Shown: piece after piece, positions 1 to 15,010 of the stretch
Numbering within the stretch: position 1 is the first letter of the stretch
Layout: the number at the start of each line of letters is the position of its first letter
Made by a program: the position numbers and the translations under genes
Origin: the human T2T-CHM13v2.0 reference genome, Homo sapiens
Length of the DNA stretch: 64,000 nucleotides
Direction: 5' to 3' (one strand)
Assembly: GCF_009914755.1 (NCBI RefSeq)
Contig: NC_060927.1
The notes under the pieces: generated by a model
Seen by the model: only the letters and a program-made list of their open reading frames with translations
What the model was told of the DNA's origin: nothing
The model's database searches: none

Positions 1-160
1 GGGTCAAATGGTATTTCTGATTGTAGGTCTTTGAGGAATTGTCATGCTGTCTTCTGCAATGGTTGAACTAATTTACCCTCCCACCAACAGTGTCTAAGCA
101 TTCCCTTTTCTTCACAATCTTGCCAGCATCTGTTATCTTTTGGCTTTTTAGTAATAGCCA
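1..160 (-). mobile_element. L1 (L1PA/L1PB-type) ORF2 3' fragment, cut by window edge
   Basis: gggtcaaatggtatttct...ggttgaactaatttac...ccaccaacagtg matches antisense L1 ORF2 C-terminal region; homologous sequence recurs at ~17290 and ~32020. Confidence 0.85.
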
Positions 161-1427
161 AAACACAACTATTAATAGCAAATAGCATAGCCTATGGAGA
201 GCCTTTACTTAAAAATACACACTTATTTCAGAGTAAGAGAGTATATTCTCATGACATTAAAGATAATCTAGAACATGTTTCATATACATGGATCCAGACA
301 TTCAAGGAAATCATACTTATCCAGTAGAAAATGTCATTAATGTTTGTGAAGATGATCAATTAAGACCCAGACTTGTCATCTGGGTATTGAAGCACTTTAT
401 ACAGACCTTTTGATTTAAGATTCTCTCAAAAGAAAACTGATTGACTAGGTAAGAATTTTAAATACTAAATAAATCTTTAATTTTAAAAAATGGTTAAGAA
501 GGACAAATGTACTCTTTGATTAAAGAGGTTTAGATATTTTTTACTCATCTGTCATAGCAGCCTTCTCCCATTGCCTTTGTGAAATATTAGACTATTTATA
601 ACATTTTTATTTATTTTTATTCATCCTTTTTATTTGTAGTAGAAGGAAGAGGTACAGAGAAGAAGGAAATTTGAATGCATTATCAAAAATACATAACACA
701 TACAAAATTCCATATACAAATGTACATAAATGTCACGAATGGCTTTTCAATATAAGGGATACTGTGAAGTTAATGGAATAGACTCTGGCCATGTTGAATT
801 CAAATCAAACTATAAAAAGAAGGAACATCTCTCTCATTGTCTTAGTATGGTTTGTGCTCTGATATTGGGTCATATAATTTCCTTAAAATAAGGTGCAGAA
901 CCAGCTACTCTTATGATGAAAAAAATCACATTTTAGAATACACTAAACAAATTGTAATTTAGAAATAGATTTAGTCAAATAAGAAGCTATTATTGGCAAT
1001 ACCTGTATCTCCAGCACTGCATTTGGAACTTTGGCAAAATGCAGTTCCAAAAATTTTTAACAATAAAGCATCCTTCTTACATTCAAGAAGCTTAAATTTG
1101 GATGAGCCACATTAAATAAATATAATTAACTTAAAGAAATTAAAGACAACCAATTTCAAGAATAACTTCAGAGAAGTGAGTTAATGCCAATAACAAATTG
1201 ATACTAATTCTAATCCTTTGTTCATAGTGACAGGAAGTCAAATACTTCTAGGCCAATATGACACACGGCAAAACATTATGAGATTTGTATTACACTACAT
1301 TTATAAGAGGGTCTGTTTTTTTCTTTATACATTTGAATATTCTTGTACCTTAGGTACCAATTAATAATGAGGGATACAAGAAATTTGTGCTTTTAGTATC
1401 TACCTAATAAAATTAACATTAACATGA

Positions 1428-1540
1428 ATACATTCAACAAATTTTAATTCATTGCCTACTGTAAGCCAAATATTGAAGTTGGCACTGAAGAGATGGTCAT
1501 AAGCAAATTAGCACCATCCCTTATTAAGTAGATAGATTTA
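1428..1540 (-). mobile_element. L2 3' end fragment
   Basis: cattcaacaaattttaattcattgcctactgtaagcca resembles the antisense L2 tail. Confidence 0.5.
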
Positions 1541-2932
1541 TAAATTTATCTAAATATTTGTTTTTGGTTTGGGATTTAACTATGAGTTACCATAAACATA
1601 TACCTAAGAACCTGGAAATAAGGAGACTACTTTCTTAGTTAAAAGGTATTTCAATACACTCTGGATTAGAAAAATAGATCACTAAAGTCATCTCAAAAAG
1701 AAAAATATGGCCCTAAAACCTTTAAGACAACCTATAACTTTATTGATATATTAGCATATCAAAGAAATAATATGTCAATTAGTAGGAGGGCCTCAGTCTT
1801 GGAAACAAAGGATAACAAAACACTTGTGAAACCATTGGCAGCCCCCATCCAAACATGCTTTTGATCCAGCGCGAGTGTATTCTTAAACAATTGAATGTTT
1901 TCTTAAGACTAGAATTAAGAACTAATGGTATTCAAGGCCTGTGGCTTTATACTGTGAACACCAAGCAAATTTCTGAATATAATTTGCTTTCTTATATGAT
2001 CTGCTTTCAGGGAAAGATGTGGTTACACTGATAAAATTACTATAATCTTCATGATGGTTTTAGTTCTTATTGTAAAACAAGTCATTGGCATTTTGATTTT
2101 ATACATCAGTCTCTGTGACTTTAGTGAATACATATCTATCCCCGAAAGTAGCCCACGTTCAGTATGCCAAAGCGTCACAATTCTAAATCAGAAAACATGA
2201 AACTGGATCAGGACAAATTTACTAATGTAATAAAGGCACTCTATCAAAACACAGGGAAAAACATTAGTTGTCTTTCACAGATCATAGTACAATTTAATGG
2301 TAAGTTTCTGGCCATACATGACATCATTATTCCAAATGTCTACATTTCCTGCTGTTTTCGTTTTTGGGGTGAGAAACAGGGCTACAACTATAAGCATTAG
2401 GGTGATACCTGCAGATGTATATGCCAAATTGAACTCAATGGAGTATACTGTACAAATCCTGTCTTAGGTTGTGGGCACAGATAATTCCGCAATAATTTAG
2501 GATGCTAGTTAACATTTTATAAATTGGAATGTATAGGTTGAAAAGAATATGGGCAGAACATTGTGGAAAGATGATTTCAGAAAGGAACCCCAAAAATGTG
2601 TTTGCAAGACATATAGAATATCTTAGGATCTAACGAAATGCAATCATTCTAGTAAACCATTCTAAACACCTGTTTTTAATAACAAACATTTGAGTTCGAA
2701 GCTAAACACAGGTCTTTCTCATCCCAAATGAAGATCATCTAAAAAGCTTACCTCTTACAAAGATATTTTTCATTTAATTATTTACTTCTAGAACCTCTCA
2801 TGCAAATTCTTATTATGTCTAGGTTTCTCAAAACTAGGTGGCAGAAAAGAAAATACATTTCTTTAAAAAATATGTTAATAATAATAATAAATCCAGGGGT
2901 GGGGGTGGTGTTTCCTTTTTCAGTACTTCAAG

Positions 2933-3374
2933 TAAGGGAGGGGACCACCCCTCATATTGTCTTATGCCCAATTTCTGCCTCCAAAGAAAGAAGAAGTAAA
3001 AACTAAAAGGCAGAAATGAAATCCACAAGCAGACAGCCCGACGCCACACCCTGGGCCTGGTAGTTAAAGATCGACCCCTGACCTAATCAGTTATTTGTAT
3101 AAGAAAAGCACTGTGAAGATCCCTGTCCTGTTCTGTTCTGTTCTAATTACTCGTGCATGCAGCCCCCAGTCACATACCCGCTGCTTGCTCAATCGATCAC
3201 GACCATCCCAAGCGGACCCCCTTAGAGTTGTGAGCCCTTAAAAGGGACAGGAATTGCTCACTGGGGGAGCTTGGTTGTTGAAGACGTGAGTCTTGCCAAA
3301 GCTCGTGGCCAGATAAAGCCCTTCCTTCTTTAACTCGTGTCTGAGGGGTTTTGTCTGCAGCTTGTCCTGCTACA
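2933..3374 (+). mobile_element. Solo LTR2 (HERV-E/Harlequin, ERV1)
   Basis: Begins TAAGGGAGGGGACCACCCCTCATATTGTCTTATGCCC, ends GTCCTGCTACA; perfect 4-bp TSD CAAG at 2929-2932 and 3375-3378. Confidence 0.92.
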
Positions 3375-3871
3375 CAAGCATTCTTTAATTTCTTTTCCAA
3401 ATAATTTTGACTTACCTTCCTTTCTCATTTTGTTCTTCCTGATGACATTCATCAATCTAATTATCATGGCAAGAGTTTGTCCTCATAATCTTTAATTGAA
3501 AATTATACGGGGGCAGCTGTCACTGTCAGTGTTTGTCATATTGTTGTTTTAGTCATGACTGTACTAGCAGAATGCTAACTGCACCAGAAATATTAAGCAA
3601 TTCCATCCACAAATAAGTTTCTTTATAGGAATGAAGGTAGGAGAGAGAGTGGTGTAAAGAAGAGAGGGTTCCAATTAAGTGCAAATCCACTGGTTTTCTC
3701 CCAGTGACTACCAGGGAGATTTGAAGGGCAGAAAGATGTCATTATTTTCTTGGTCCACAGTAGTAGAAGTGATGTTACTAGTACTAACAAATTGTATATT
3801 GATTGAGTGCAAAAATTGTTTTGCTATGCACTTTTATTAATGAATAAATCTAGATCATAAAACATAGTTAA

Positions 3872-4634
3872 TGAGGACTAAGCTCTGCTTTTTTCTTACC
3901 TTGCTCAAACTCCTATCTAAGTGGTCTGGGGAATCATGCCCCATAAACCATAAATTCTAACCAGATGGGTTTTATTTAACCCTATATATTGTGACTTACT
4001 TTCCAATTTGACTCTGGCAAAACATTATGTGACAAAGAAGAATTCCAAAATATTTTACCTCAAAACATGTTTCTTTGCCATATTTTGAAATGGCCTGTCA
4101 AAGCCATCCTTTGTGGGGAGAAATTTGCTTCTCTAAAGAATCTCTATTAAGATAGCTAGATCTTTTTCTTCCAGGCCCTCCCAATCCTGAAGAGATTACC
4201 TGAGAGTCTAGTGCCTTTTAAAATTCTGAATAGGAAACATCTGCAGCCACTATGAGACTTCAAAGAACCTTGGGCTTCACAATCTTTTTGTCTTAACCTG
4301 AACATTTCCCTTCTATTGATCCCCAGTCTTTAGACAAACTCAACCAATTGTCAACCAGAAAATGTTTAAATTTACTTACAGCTTGGAAGCACCCTCCCCA
4401 CTCCACCCTGCTTCTAATTGTCCTGAATTTCTGGATCAAACCAATGTATTTCTCAAATGTATTTGATTGATGTCTCATGCCTCCCTAAAATGTATAAAAC
4501 CAAGCTGCACCCCGACCACCTTAGGCACATGTTCTCAGGACCTCCTGAGGGCTGTGTCATGGGCCATGGTCACTCCTATTTGGCTCAGAATAAATCTCTT
4601 CACATATTTTACAGAGTTTGACTCTTCATCAACA
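3872..4634 (+). mobile_element. Solo MER4-group LTR (MER4E/MER4D-like, ERV1)
   Basis: TGAGGACTAAGCTCTG...CAGAATAAATCTCTTC...TCAACA with TG...CA termini; flanks TTAA/TTAG (3 of 4 TSD match). Confidence 0.85.
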
Positions 4635-6444
4635 TTAGTTTGGTAGAATGTGTTGGAAGTAGAGAAGGTAATGAAAAAAAAGGAGTGTTTCTTTGTTCTT
4701 ATGTAACTTAGTAGCCCATATAATAGCCATGCAACTATTAATCATAGAATAGTCCTTTAATACGTATCCCTCATGGACATAAAGAGCATAACTTTCAAGA
4801 AGGTTGAAAAATGAATGAAACACTGGGGCAGATCCAGCATGCTGTCCAAATGAGACATTTCTAATGGAAAATAAGGGGATCTGGACAATGTGCAGAATCT
4901 AAGGTCATTCTGGCTCCCTCCATACTGTGAAATAGCCAACTAGCATCTCCAGTCCAATCTGTCAGCCTGTCAAAGTTAAAATAATCCATGGATATCTCAC
5001 CTTTTATTCAGATTAATCAGTCACTAAGTAGCATAATGAAAATTAATTAGAAAAACACTAGGCAAGATAATGCACGGTGTTATCAGTGAGAACTGCAAAG
5101 TCTCACACACGCCAGACCAATGCAACAGAACCTGTTGCCACATGTTCAGGATTAGCCTGTATTTGTGCTTTGGAGTAATTTGCCAGAGGCATTACATCAT
5201 GATAATCCTTGATTTCTTGTGAGATGTTGTGAATTATGTCTTCTAAGCAGTCCCTATGAACTTTACGTAAGATACTAGACTTTTTGCTTTTTGGTACTTT
5301 TAGGTAATTTACTAAAAATAAGGAAAATATTTTTAAGCCCATAATTTTAAAATAAATGTTTAATGACAATATAATATAGGAATTGGGGTTATAATTACTG
5401 AGAATGTTATCTTTCCATATTACTTTTCTATAAATAATATATTTCTCCATAACCATTACTGGAATCTATAATTTTTTATGTATCTGCTACTATCATAATG
5501 AAGAGTGCAAAGATATATTTATTTTTGTAATTATTCATTTCAACACCTGAAAATTATCTCTAGAAATCTCAATTAGATCTAAAGCTTCCCTTTAATTCAG
5601 TTTGAACATGGCTCAGCTTAATAGATTCTATTCAGTTTCAGAGATAATTATCATTCCTAAAATATAACTACACACAGTAAAATCCTGTTGTACACGGTGC
5701 AGCAGCTTTAAGCCCAACCGACCCCCAGCAATAGTATTTTAAAGAGCTTCCAGTGTTATTTTCCATAATAAGGCCCACTAGTTGGCAGAACCCCTGGAAG
5801 CTATGCAAACAGCAACACATCTGTTCTCTAAGATGCAAATGCTGTGTCTTAGTAGAGATGTTTATTCCCTTTACCAGCAACATTGTGAAAGAGCAAAGAC
5901 TGGAGCAGGCTAAAAGGAAATTTCCTTTAAAAATTAGCATATTCTTATAGAAAGAGAAAATTCTGGCAATGTAAAGGAGCGTGAACCCTTGTCCTTTGAT
6001 TTGTGATACTTAGAGACCAGCCTTTTTTTTATAATAGCAAAATCAAAGTGTTCAACATTCCCACCTTTGTTTGTGTGTTTTGTTGAACTTTTAAGACAAT
6101 GCAAACTAAAGTCCACATCAGAAAAGCATAATTTGTAAGTCCATTTATTAGAATGTTGAAACTATTATTTCCAGAGTTAATTATTTGTTTAAATGAGAGA
6201 TTCAGCCTTGATTTTTAGTGCTTACAAGTAAATGAAATGTTTTTGAATTTCATAAACATACTTAAATATTACATCTATTTTTTAACCAAGGAAAAATGTT
6301 CAGCCAAGACTTTCATGAAATTATATCTCTTTTGAGATATGACTTAACCTAAAGAAATAAATAATTAGCCTGTACAGGAAAGAGGTAAACTCCATTAGTA
6401 ATTTTATAAATTTACAAATAACACCTCTATACTGGAAACATTCA

Positions 6445-6900
6445 AATTTGCATCTACAACCTTACCATTCTCCTGAGCTCCAGTACTTTATTTCCAACTT
6501 CTTCCCAAATATGTGTAGATATTAAAAAGTCAACACGTTAAAAGGCAAAATTTTTTACTTTCAGTTCCACAAAAATTCTTTGCTTCTTTCTCCTGCCTGC
6601 ACTGCTTGCTTATTATTGTTATTGTTGTTGTTTTAAAAGAGTACACATTCTTTTAACAATATTATTATTCTATCAGCCATCAGGAAAAAGAACATTATCA
6701 CCACCTCCATCCCCCCATCTAATCAATCCTATTCATCTCCATTACTCTCTCCTACTCCAAAGCTTCATTTTCTGTCTTCTGTATACATTGAGAAATCTTC
6801 CATATTGCTTTTCCCAGCCAGTCTCTTTCCTTTCAAATATGTTATGAACAACACAGTTAAGTTTCTACATCCCTACTCAAAGTCTCTACTACTTAATATA
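6445..6900 (+). mobile_element. Degraded L2 fragment
   Basis: ttctcctgagctccag...ttccaact...aagtcaacac resembles L2 3' region; highly diverged. Confidence 0.45.
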
Positions 6901-7099
6901 CAAATCACAGAGTCTTTTACTTGTCATTAGGTTTAATCCCTACCAAGAATCAGCATGGGTTGCTGAAGAAACATGAATGTGGAGAAATTCGTTCAACAAC
7001 CTAGTAGACGCCAGGGACTAACTACCCTGTGCACGCGAATGTAGCATGAGTTAAACTGAAGTGCCATTTCTCCTTACAAAGCCTATAGTCTGTTGGCAA

Positions 7100-7455
7100 G
7101 CTAATCTGTGTTTTTAATTTTGCTCGCTCATTCCTAGCTGAGTGACTGAACAAATGACTGAATTTCTCGTCTAAGTTGTTTGTTCTATAAAATGATGACT
7201 AAGGGGCGTAAGGAAAAGGGAAATATTTACCTCATGAAAGTGTCATTGTGACTTAGGCCTTATATTTATTGAATCCTCATGAAGAAGGTACAATATTACT
7301 CCCATTTTACAGATAAGACAATTAAAGTTTGAGGATATCTGGGAGTAGGTATTTAGGAGCTTAGTAGCCCGTATACTGTCACTTAGCTAGTAAGTAGAGA
7401 AATCAAGATCCAAATCTGTATCTACTTGACTCTAAGCCCACATTTTTAAGTCTCT
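7100..7455. mobile_element. Two MIR fragments (plus ~7100-7200, minus ~7260-7455)
   Basis: ctagctgagtgact...tctataaaatg (MIR core, +); cccattttacagataagacaattaaag (MIR core, -). Confidence 0.6.
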
Positions 7456-8919
7456 GTGTTATGGGTCTTGTCACAGGCAACTACCTTGTCATGATGCTAT
7501 CTTAGCTGGCCTATTAAAAGATAAATTTATTAAAAGCATAAATTACCTGTTGCTAATCTCTATATCCCCAGAACCTCATCTAAGGTCTTGAATATGACAG
7601 AAGTCAAATACATACTTACTGAATAAATAAATGTCTGAATGATGGAATGAATTTAAACTTGTAGAATAGAAAGATCTGGGAAAATGTGAGGGGAGGGGGA
7701 TCTATCAGTTTTTCTGCATGCATCTTCCTCTCTAAGCAGCACAGGCAAAAGTGAAATGGAAGGAAAAAAGAGCTATAGACCACGATGAAGATGATTAAAG
7801 AGAGTACAGAGCAGCTGTCAAAGCAAATATCAAGCAACATTAATAACTTTACAGCTCACCATGAGGCTGTCTCAAATATTTTCAAGAAAACAGGATCCTT
7901 GCTGTTGTACACAGTAAGTGAGACTAATAATCAAGTGCAGACTCACAGACTCTTTTTCACTGGCCACCATGAGCTGCAGAATTAAAAAAATATTACTAAA
8001 AAAGACTCTTAAACTAATGGAAAAATACATGACTCAGAGGAAAATATTATTGCATTCTTGGTATTTTAATTTGGGGCAGAGTTGATAAGAAACAAGATCT
8101 ACGATGTTCGCCACTTATTATCTAAGTTGTTTGAATAGTCAGACAATATCCCCAAACTTCTGATGCTTATCCAAAAATAACTGTGTTGTGAGTCTTACCA
8201 GTAAAATGCTTCGTTACTCCCAGGAACTTATTTTGCCAGTATTTCAATCTATCCAGTAGATTAGAAGGATGATCTATGTGGATAAAAGTGAAAATTTGAA
8301 ATCAAATGCTAGTATCTGTTCTAAACATGAATTATTTACTTAAAATAGTATTTTTTAAGTGACAGTGATTCTACACATAAGTTTCTTGTGACCTGGTCAC
8401 AAATTAGGTGCATGGTTTCTTAATTATGGTGTTTATTAAATCTGTTTATTTGCTTATTTACACATTTATTCACTGAGCATAAGCTTTTATGGGTTTTGTT
8501 TTGTGACATCTGTGCATCCCTGTATGCAGGTAATAGGAGCCGCAAAGAAAACAATAGATTTGGTTTCTAGTCTCATTGAACTAACATTTGCAATTTGTGG
8601 GCATTAGGAATAAAAAAGCAAACAGTTTTAATTATGCATTGATTTGGAGATGTGAAAACCCAAATATTATCACTATGCTCAATTTCTACTACTGTTTGAT
8701 TTTTGGATAGAAAAGATAAGAAAACAGCAAGAGAAAAAGTAGATAAGTGAATAAAAAAATTAAGCTAAGAAAACTTGGAGTAAAATAAAAGGGATCATGG
8801 CGTAAAGACAAGTTATAGTGGTACTGAACAGTGGCTCCTATGATTCTATAAAAGGTAGAGCAAAATTAAACTGCAATGTGTACACCTTTGATCTTTGTCG
8901 GAAGTAATCTTATTTATCT

Positions 8920-9183
8920 GGTTCTTTCTTATACTTCAAACCTCAACTTAAATGTTGTTCTTCTGAAGAGACTGACTCTAACTCAACTTTCTAAAGAGAT
9001 CCACTTACAACCATCCAAACAAAGCTACCATCACGTAATTAGTCATTGGTTTTAGTTTTTCACACTAAAATATTTGCCTCATGAAGCTTCAGATACTGCC
9101 TTTTATGTTCATCTCTGTATCCCTTGGACCTGGCACATAGTAGGAGCTCAGTAAATAGTTGTTGAATGATAAAAAAATGAATA
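8920..9183 (+). mobile_element. L2 3' end
   Basis: cctggcacatagtaggagctcagtaaatagttgttgaatga is the typical L2 terminus. Confidence 0.75.
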
Positions 9184-9788
9184 GAGTTCTAGCCTATTTT
9201 TTTCACAAGATGATGTCTGTTTCTAACTGTTAGATTTTTTTTTTTTTTCTATTCTATGCTGTGGAGCATGTACTTAAATGTTAGGACATAATATTTATTT
9301 TTAGTTTCTGGGTTTCCAAGGACTCAAATATCCTAGGACAGAACCACATATTCCTGTAACTGTAAGGAAGGGTTGTCAAGTTTTTATCTAATATCTTTGC
9401 ATAGGAAAGTTCTATACCAGCTTTACAACTGTCATTCAGCATATTTACATAACTTTGAGCATACTATATGGAATCCACTTGGTGGTCCTCTCCCCAACTT
9501 TGCATTTTTAATGCCAAAATTTACAAAGAAAAAAAAGTTAATTTGTAGAAGGTAGATTAGCAATATGTTCAGAGAAAAAGACCTGGCTTGGATAAAAAGG
9601 TACCTCAGAACTCAAGTCTGAATCAACGTAGTTTTGAAATCAGTAATCACTTCAGTAACTAGGAAAGCAAATTACATATTTTTAAAAATCTGAAATGACC
9701 AGTAAAAGACTGATGTAACAAAGGATGCTATTAGAGTTTCAGAGACTGTCAAGCTAACGGTTTCAAACACTCCTTAGAAAAATGAAAC

Positions 9789-10095
<307 letters not shown>

Positions 10096-13012
10096 TCAAG
10101 GATTTTTTACCTACCGGTTAGGACCAAAAGAATTAAAGTAAACTGGTTTATTCTGACTTGGCTGATCTTTAAGAATATACATCTGAAACAAATTGCTCTG
10201 ATTTGGTCAACTGAATCTCTTAACATAGATAAAAACTTTTTAACCAGTGATATTTCTTTCAATTTACATTTTTCTTTTTATACATAATGTGGCAGGAAAT
10301 GGTTAATTTAATGGCTATTCAATTACCTAACTTTAGATGTATGTAAAATGCTAATATGCTAATTCCTAGATCCTTAATCTTCTGCAATAAGATTCACACT
10401 AGTGACATGTCTTCTGTTTATTATTTTTGTTTTTTTCAAAACTGCATAATTCAAACATTTGAAATGTCCATCTATGACCTCAAAAGTAAGGATGAAGTAG
10501 AAATGTTCACTTGTTTCAAGAGCAAAGAGAAATGAGAGTATATGTTACTTACCAAAAATTTACTTATTGTGTGATAAGTAAATGAAAACACCCTAATTGC
10601 TCTTCATATTTAGGGGAAGATAGGATATTATATGTTTTATCAGTTAGCTTTGGAATAATTAAAAGTATAGATCAGAAAAATATATAGTTTATTTGTTTGA
10701 AATGGATCATCCCTGAATATACAGCTAATCTAACATATTTGTGATACACATTAGGTAAAAGATTAGTTGTAAGAAGTAATTTGAAAACAGTATCTTATAG
10801 GGTTTCAACGAGATTTTTCTGAAAAGGATATTTTATGCATGGACTTGAGCAAACCTGGATACAAAGATGTCAGATTTTATGTCTTTACTAGAGAAAATGA
10901 TGCCAGTTCAGAAAGGACAGAATATTTTTCTTTAGGATATATTCCTTATTCTCAGAATAAAACAAGAATCTGGGGAATATCTAAACATATTGAAAAAAAC
11001 TCTTCCTTTTACAGTTTTTGATCTCTGTGAGAACTATCTTACTATTGTTTTTAGTAGCCACAGAAACCAATGTTCCCTTTTTCTTCTTATCTCTTCTCTT
11101 AAAAATAACAAAAGACACAACATTAACTTTTGTGGATCATATTTGATTTACCTCTTTCCAGATATCAAAAGGTTGTGAATTTATTTTTTAAATCAATTAA
11201 AACTACATGAAAATCCTATCCCTTCTGTTCATATGGTGAGGAATGCCTAAAGCCAAAGGATATGGGGAATATTAGATATGCTTTTCTAAGGAAAAAATAG
11301 TGAGACAAAATGGCCTGCCTGAAGTTAACAGTTTATAGATTGCAAAAAGGCACAGACAATTAAAAGATGGAGCTACTTAGGGCAAATTACTTGCAATCAA
11401 GCTGCAGCTAAATGAGCTTCTTGATGAGGAAGCCAAATTTATGTTGTTTCAAACCAGGGAGAAACATTAAAGAAGTTGAAAGGTGAGCAAAATGTTAGTA
11501 CAATTGGATCCAGATAGGTTGATAAGGGAAGCTGTAGAGGCAATTAAAACGCTGCCTCTGAAATACATACACATAGGTACAGACACAGACATACACGCAC
11601 ACAAACCAATACACACAAAACATCCTCAAATAGAAGACTGTATGATTACATACACCTTCAGCCTTCATTTATGTTTTATGTGGATGCCCCTTCTTATCAC
11701 AAAAACACTGCGGCCTGAGAAGCTCAATCACAGAATATAATCATTTTCCTTTTCAATCTGCAATTTACTACAGACATTTTATTTGAAAATGAGGTATTGT
11801 TTAAACTCTAAACCACAGTGTTTTCATTTTTTCCCCTGCCCTAAATTATCCCTTGGCAGCTCTCTGAGTTGATTTTTAAAGAATATGTTTTATAATGAAT
11901 TCAGAACTTCCACAAAGCACAAAAGCCATGTGAAAGCTTCAAATGTGAAATATCACATTTCTTTCTTTGTTGCTCAATATCCATTTTTGCATTCAGGGCT
12001 GTATGCATCAATTTCACTGAAAGCAGGGTATTGTCTACATCTATCTGTCTGAATGAGATGACTTTCAGGACTTTGTAATTTTGAAAAGGTCTTCAAGCCA
12101 GGCTATCCTTCATCCCATTTCTGTTGCATTGGAATGTTAGACATAACAAGGTAGACAAAGGAAAGATATAATACAGATCCTTATTGACAGTCAGCAAGTA
12201 CAAGTATATGTAGAAAGAGATAATTTTCTGCTGGCATTTTCCCTTATCTCGATTCTCTTATCCTTTCATGCATTATGTTTTGCATGAACAGAATCGGAAA
12301 AAAATTGACAGCCTTGTATGAAGTACACCAAGAAAGCTTTCTCCTTCAAAGATCTTTTTAGGATATAAAAACTCTCTAAGATTTAGTAACTAAGAAGGAC
12401 AATAAATGTCCATACTTAGAGCAACAAATAAAAATGTGATTCTGATGCTGACATAGTTTTTTTATAGTTGAAATGTAACCTTGTCAACACTGCCTGGCCA
12501 GTTCTGCCATTGAAAAATGGCCCAGGAAAATGCCCAAATGCCAACAGTGGTAGTTATGGATTATTTTCCTATCTGATATTATTCAGCTACATCTGCTGTT
12601 TAGTGGAAGCTAAACAGAAAATACTCCATAGGATACTGAGAAAAAATTGGGCATTGAAAATATATTTGTGTCTTTTTTTTCTTCCTGTGAGTTATAAATT
12701 TTAAATGGCATATGTAAAGCATTTAGAAAAGGTGTCTCAATATATTGAACATTGGCCAAAGAGGCCTCCAACAGCTAAAGTCATATCACCTGAACGTGAT
12801 GGGATTTCCAAATTCCCCCTAAATCAGTCTGGTTAGGAGAGCTTAAAGGAAATAGGAATATACATACACAAGAAAAAGTTCATTGTTAACCACCCTATTA
12901 ACTGTTAACTGCATGCCAAAAATTGGGCATAAGAGTGACTTAAGTCTTAATGACATTTTCAAATATAAGCTTAATAAGGCAAGCCTGCTTTTAAAGATTA
13001 GTGAGAAGTAAC

Positions 13013-13379
13013 TGGATTAGTGAATTTTCATACTGCTATAAAGAAATACCCAAGACTGGGTAATTTATGAAGTAAAAGAGGTTTAATGGAATCATGGTTC
13101 CACATGGCTGGGGTGGCCTCACAGTCATGACGGAAGGTGAAGGAAGAGCAAAAGCACATCTTACGTGGCAGCAGGCAGGAGAGCGTGTACAGGGAAACTA
13201 CCCTTTATAGAAACCATTGGATCTCGTGAGACTTATTCACTATATCACAAGAACAGCATGGGAAAAACCCATCCTCATGATTCAGTTGCCTCCCACTAGG
13301 TCCCTCCCATGACACATGGAGTATGTGGGAGTTACAATTCAAGATGAGATTTGGGTGGAGACACAGCCAAACCATATCT
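13013..13379 (-). mobile_element. Solo THE1 (THE1C-like) MaLR LTR
   Basis: acaattcaagatgagatttgggtggagacacagccaaaccatatc is the reverse complement of the THE1 LTR start; 5-bp TSD GTAAC/GTACC. Confidence 0.92.
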
Positions 13380-13434
13380 GTACCTGACCAAGTACCTCTC
13401 AAGTTTGAGGCAGCTACATAACCAACAGATGAAG

Positions 13435-13600
13435 TCTTAGTAAAAGCACAGAACTAGAGTTCAAGTGACCTGGTTTGCACCCTGAGTGCCATCATCATCA
13501 AGCATGAAAACCTTATGCAGATCAGTTCACCTTTTTTGGGATGCTTCCTCATTTATAAAATGAAAGATTTTAACTGAGTAATTGCTCAGATTCCTAGAAC
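13435..13600 (+). mobile_element. MIR fragment
   Basis: gacctggtttg...cttcctcatttataaaatgaaag core. Confidence 0.6.
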
Positions 13601-14049
13601 TGTGTAACTCTAAAAAGATTTCCATAACCCTAGGTTATTTTTTCCTGGTTAACAAATTTTTTGGTTAGACAAAAACAACAATAGCTTATACATCATGTAA
13701 ATCGTTGTTTCTTTGTGCAGAATTAGGGGCTATATCTACCATAGGAGTAGTTGGCTCAGTGGCTAGGCCCTTGAGTCTGGAGTAAAAGGCTACAGCCGAG
13801 ACAGTCTCATAGTCATGTGATAAATTGCTTCTGTCTTCTATACTATTAAAGCTCTTAGAAGTTATGGCAAACTACTTATTTCACTCAGGTTTGTATTATA
13901 TTATGTCAAAACATATCTATCCTTCTCCTATCACTGTGCTACTATAATGTACTTCTTTAGGGACATGACCATGCCGTTTAACTTACATCTCTCTCGCTGT
14001 ACCAAATAAGACTCCCCTCACAATTTACTCAGTAAATGTTTGTGGAGTA

Positions 14050-15010
14050 AGATTTTCACTGGCCTCATTTCTCCAACTATCCTGCTTGGCAGCTAATCCA
14101 CAGTCATATAGGCCTCTTTTCACTTCTTTTAGTTTCTTAAATTTGGGCCTCCGCACCCCCACTCCAGCTCATGCTATTTATTCTACTTTTAATGATATAC
14201 TGCCTGCTCGATTCCCATTCCCAGCTCCAACATTCACACTCTTCATCTTGCCCATCTTTCAGAACTCAGCTTCACTATCTCTTAGGTGACCTTGAATAAG
14301 ATCTTAATACTTTTCCTTTCCAACAAATAACCCAGTTTTAATTATCTAATTGATTATGATATCACTTATTCATCACTGTGTATCAACTCATCCCAGATTC
14401 AATGGCTTCAAACAGAGAAACAAAAAAATACATTTTACTGCTTACATTCAGTAGGTTGGCCAGGTATTACATCAGCTGCTCTCTCCTGGGTTCACTCAAC
14501 TGGAAGGATGAAAATGGCTTTATTCACATGTCTGGCAGTTGGTGCTTTTGCTGATTGATGGCCTCTCATTCTCCAGTACGTTAGACAAGTTTTCTTATGT
14601 TGTAGTCTCAGGACATTATTACAACTGGCAAAAACAGAAACTGTAAGGTGTCTAAAACCTAGGATCCAGAATTTACACACTAAGCTTCTGTCTCATTCTA
14701 TTAATTAAAGCAATTTATAAGGCCAGCCCAAATTCAAGAGAGTGGAGGAACAGACTCCACTTTTTGTTGGAAGGAACAAAAACATTACATTGCTCTGGGA
14801 CATGGACACAAGGAGGCTTGACTCATGGGGACCATATTATAACTCTCTACTACATTATGTAAAATTACTAATTTAATTTCTATATTCCCCACTAGACTAT
14901 CTGTGTATATGAATAGGGACCATGCATTTCCTAATTTATGTTATATTGCCAGCATTTAATGCAGTCTTTATATGTGCTAGGCATTAATAAATATTTGTTG
15001 AATGAATAAT
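14050..15010 (+). mobile_element. L2 3' portion interrupted by an MLT1 LTR
   Basis: L2-like sequence 14050-14350 resumes after 14855 and ends in taataaatatttgttgaatgaat. Confidence 0.6.
14359..14854 (-). mobile_element. MLT1 (H/G-like) MaLR LTR
   Basis: cacatgtctggcagttggtgc...aaggccagcccaaattcaagagagtggag...cagactccact typical of old MLT1; TTATG on both sides is a possible TSD. Confidence 0.7.
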
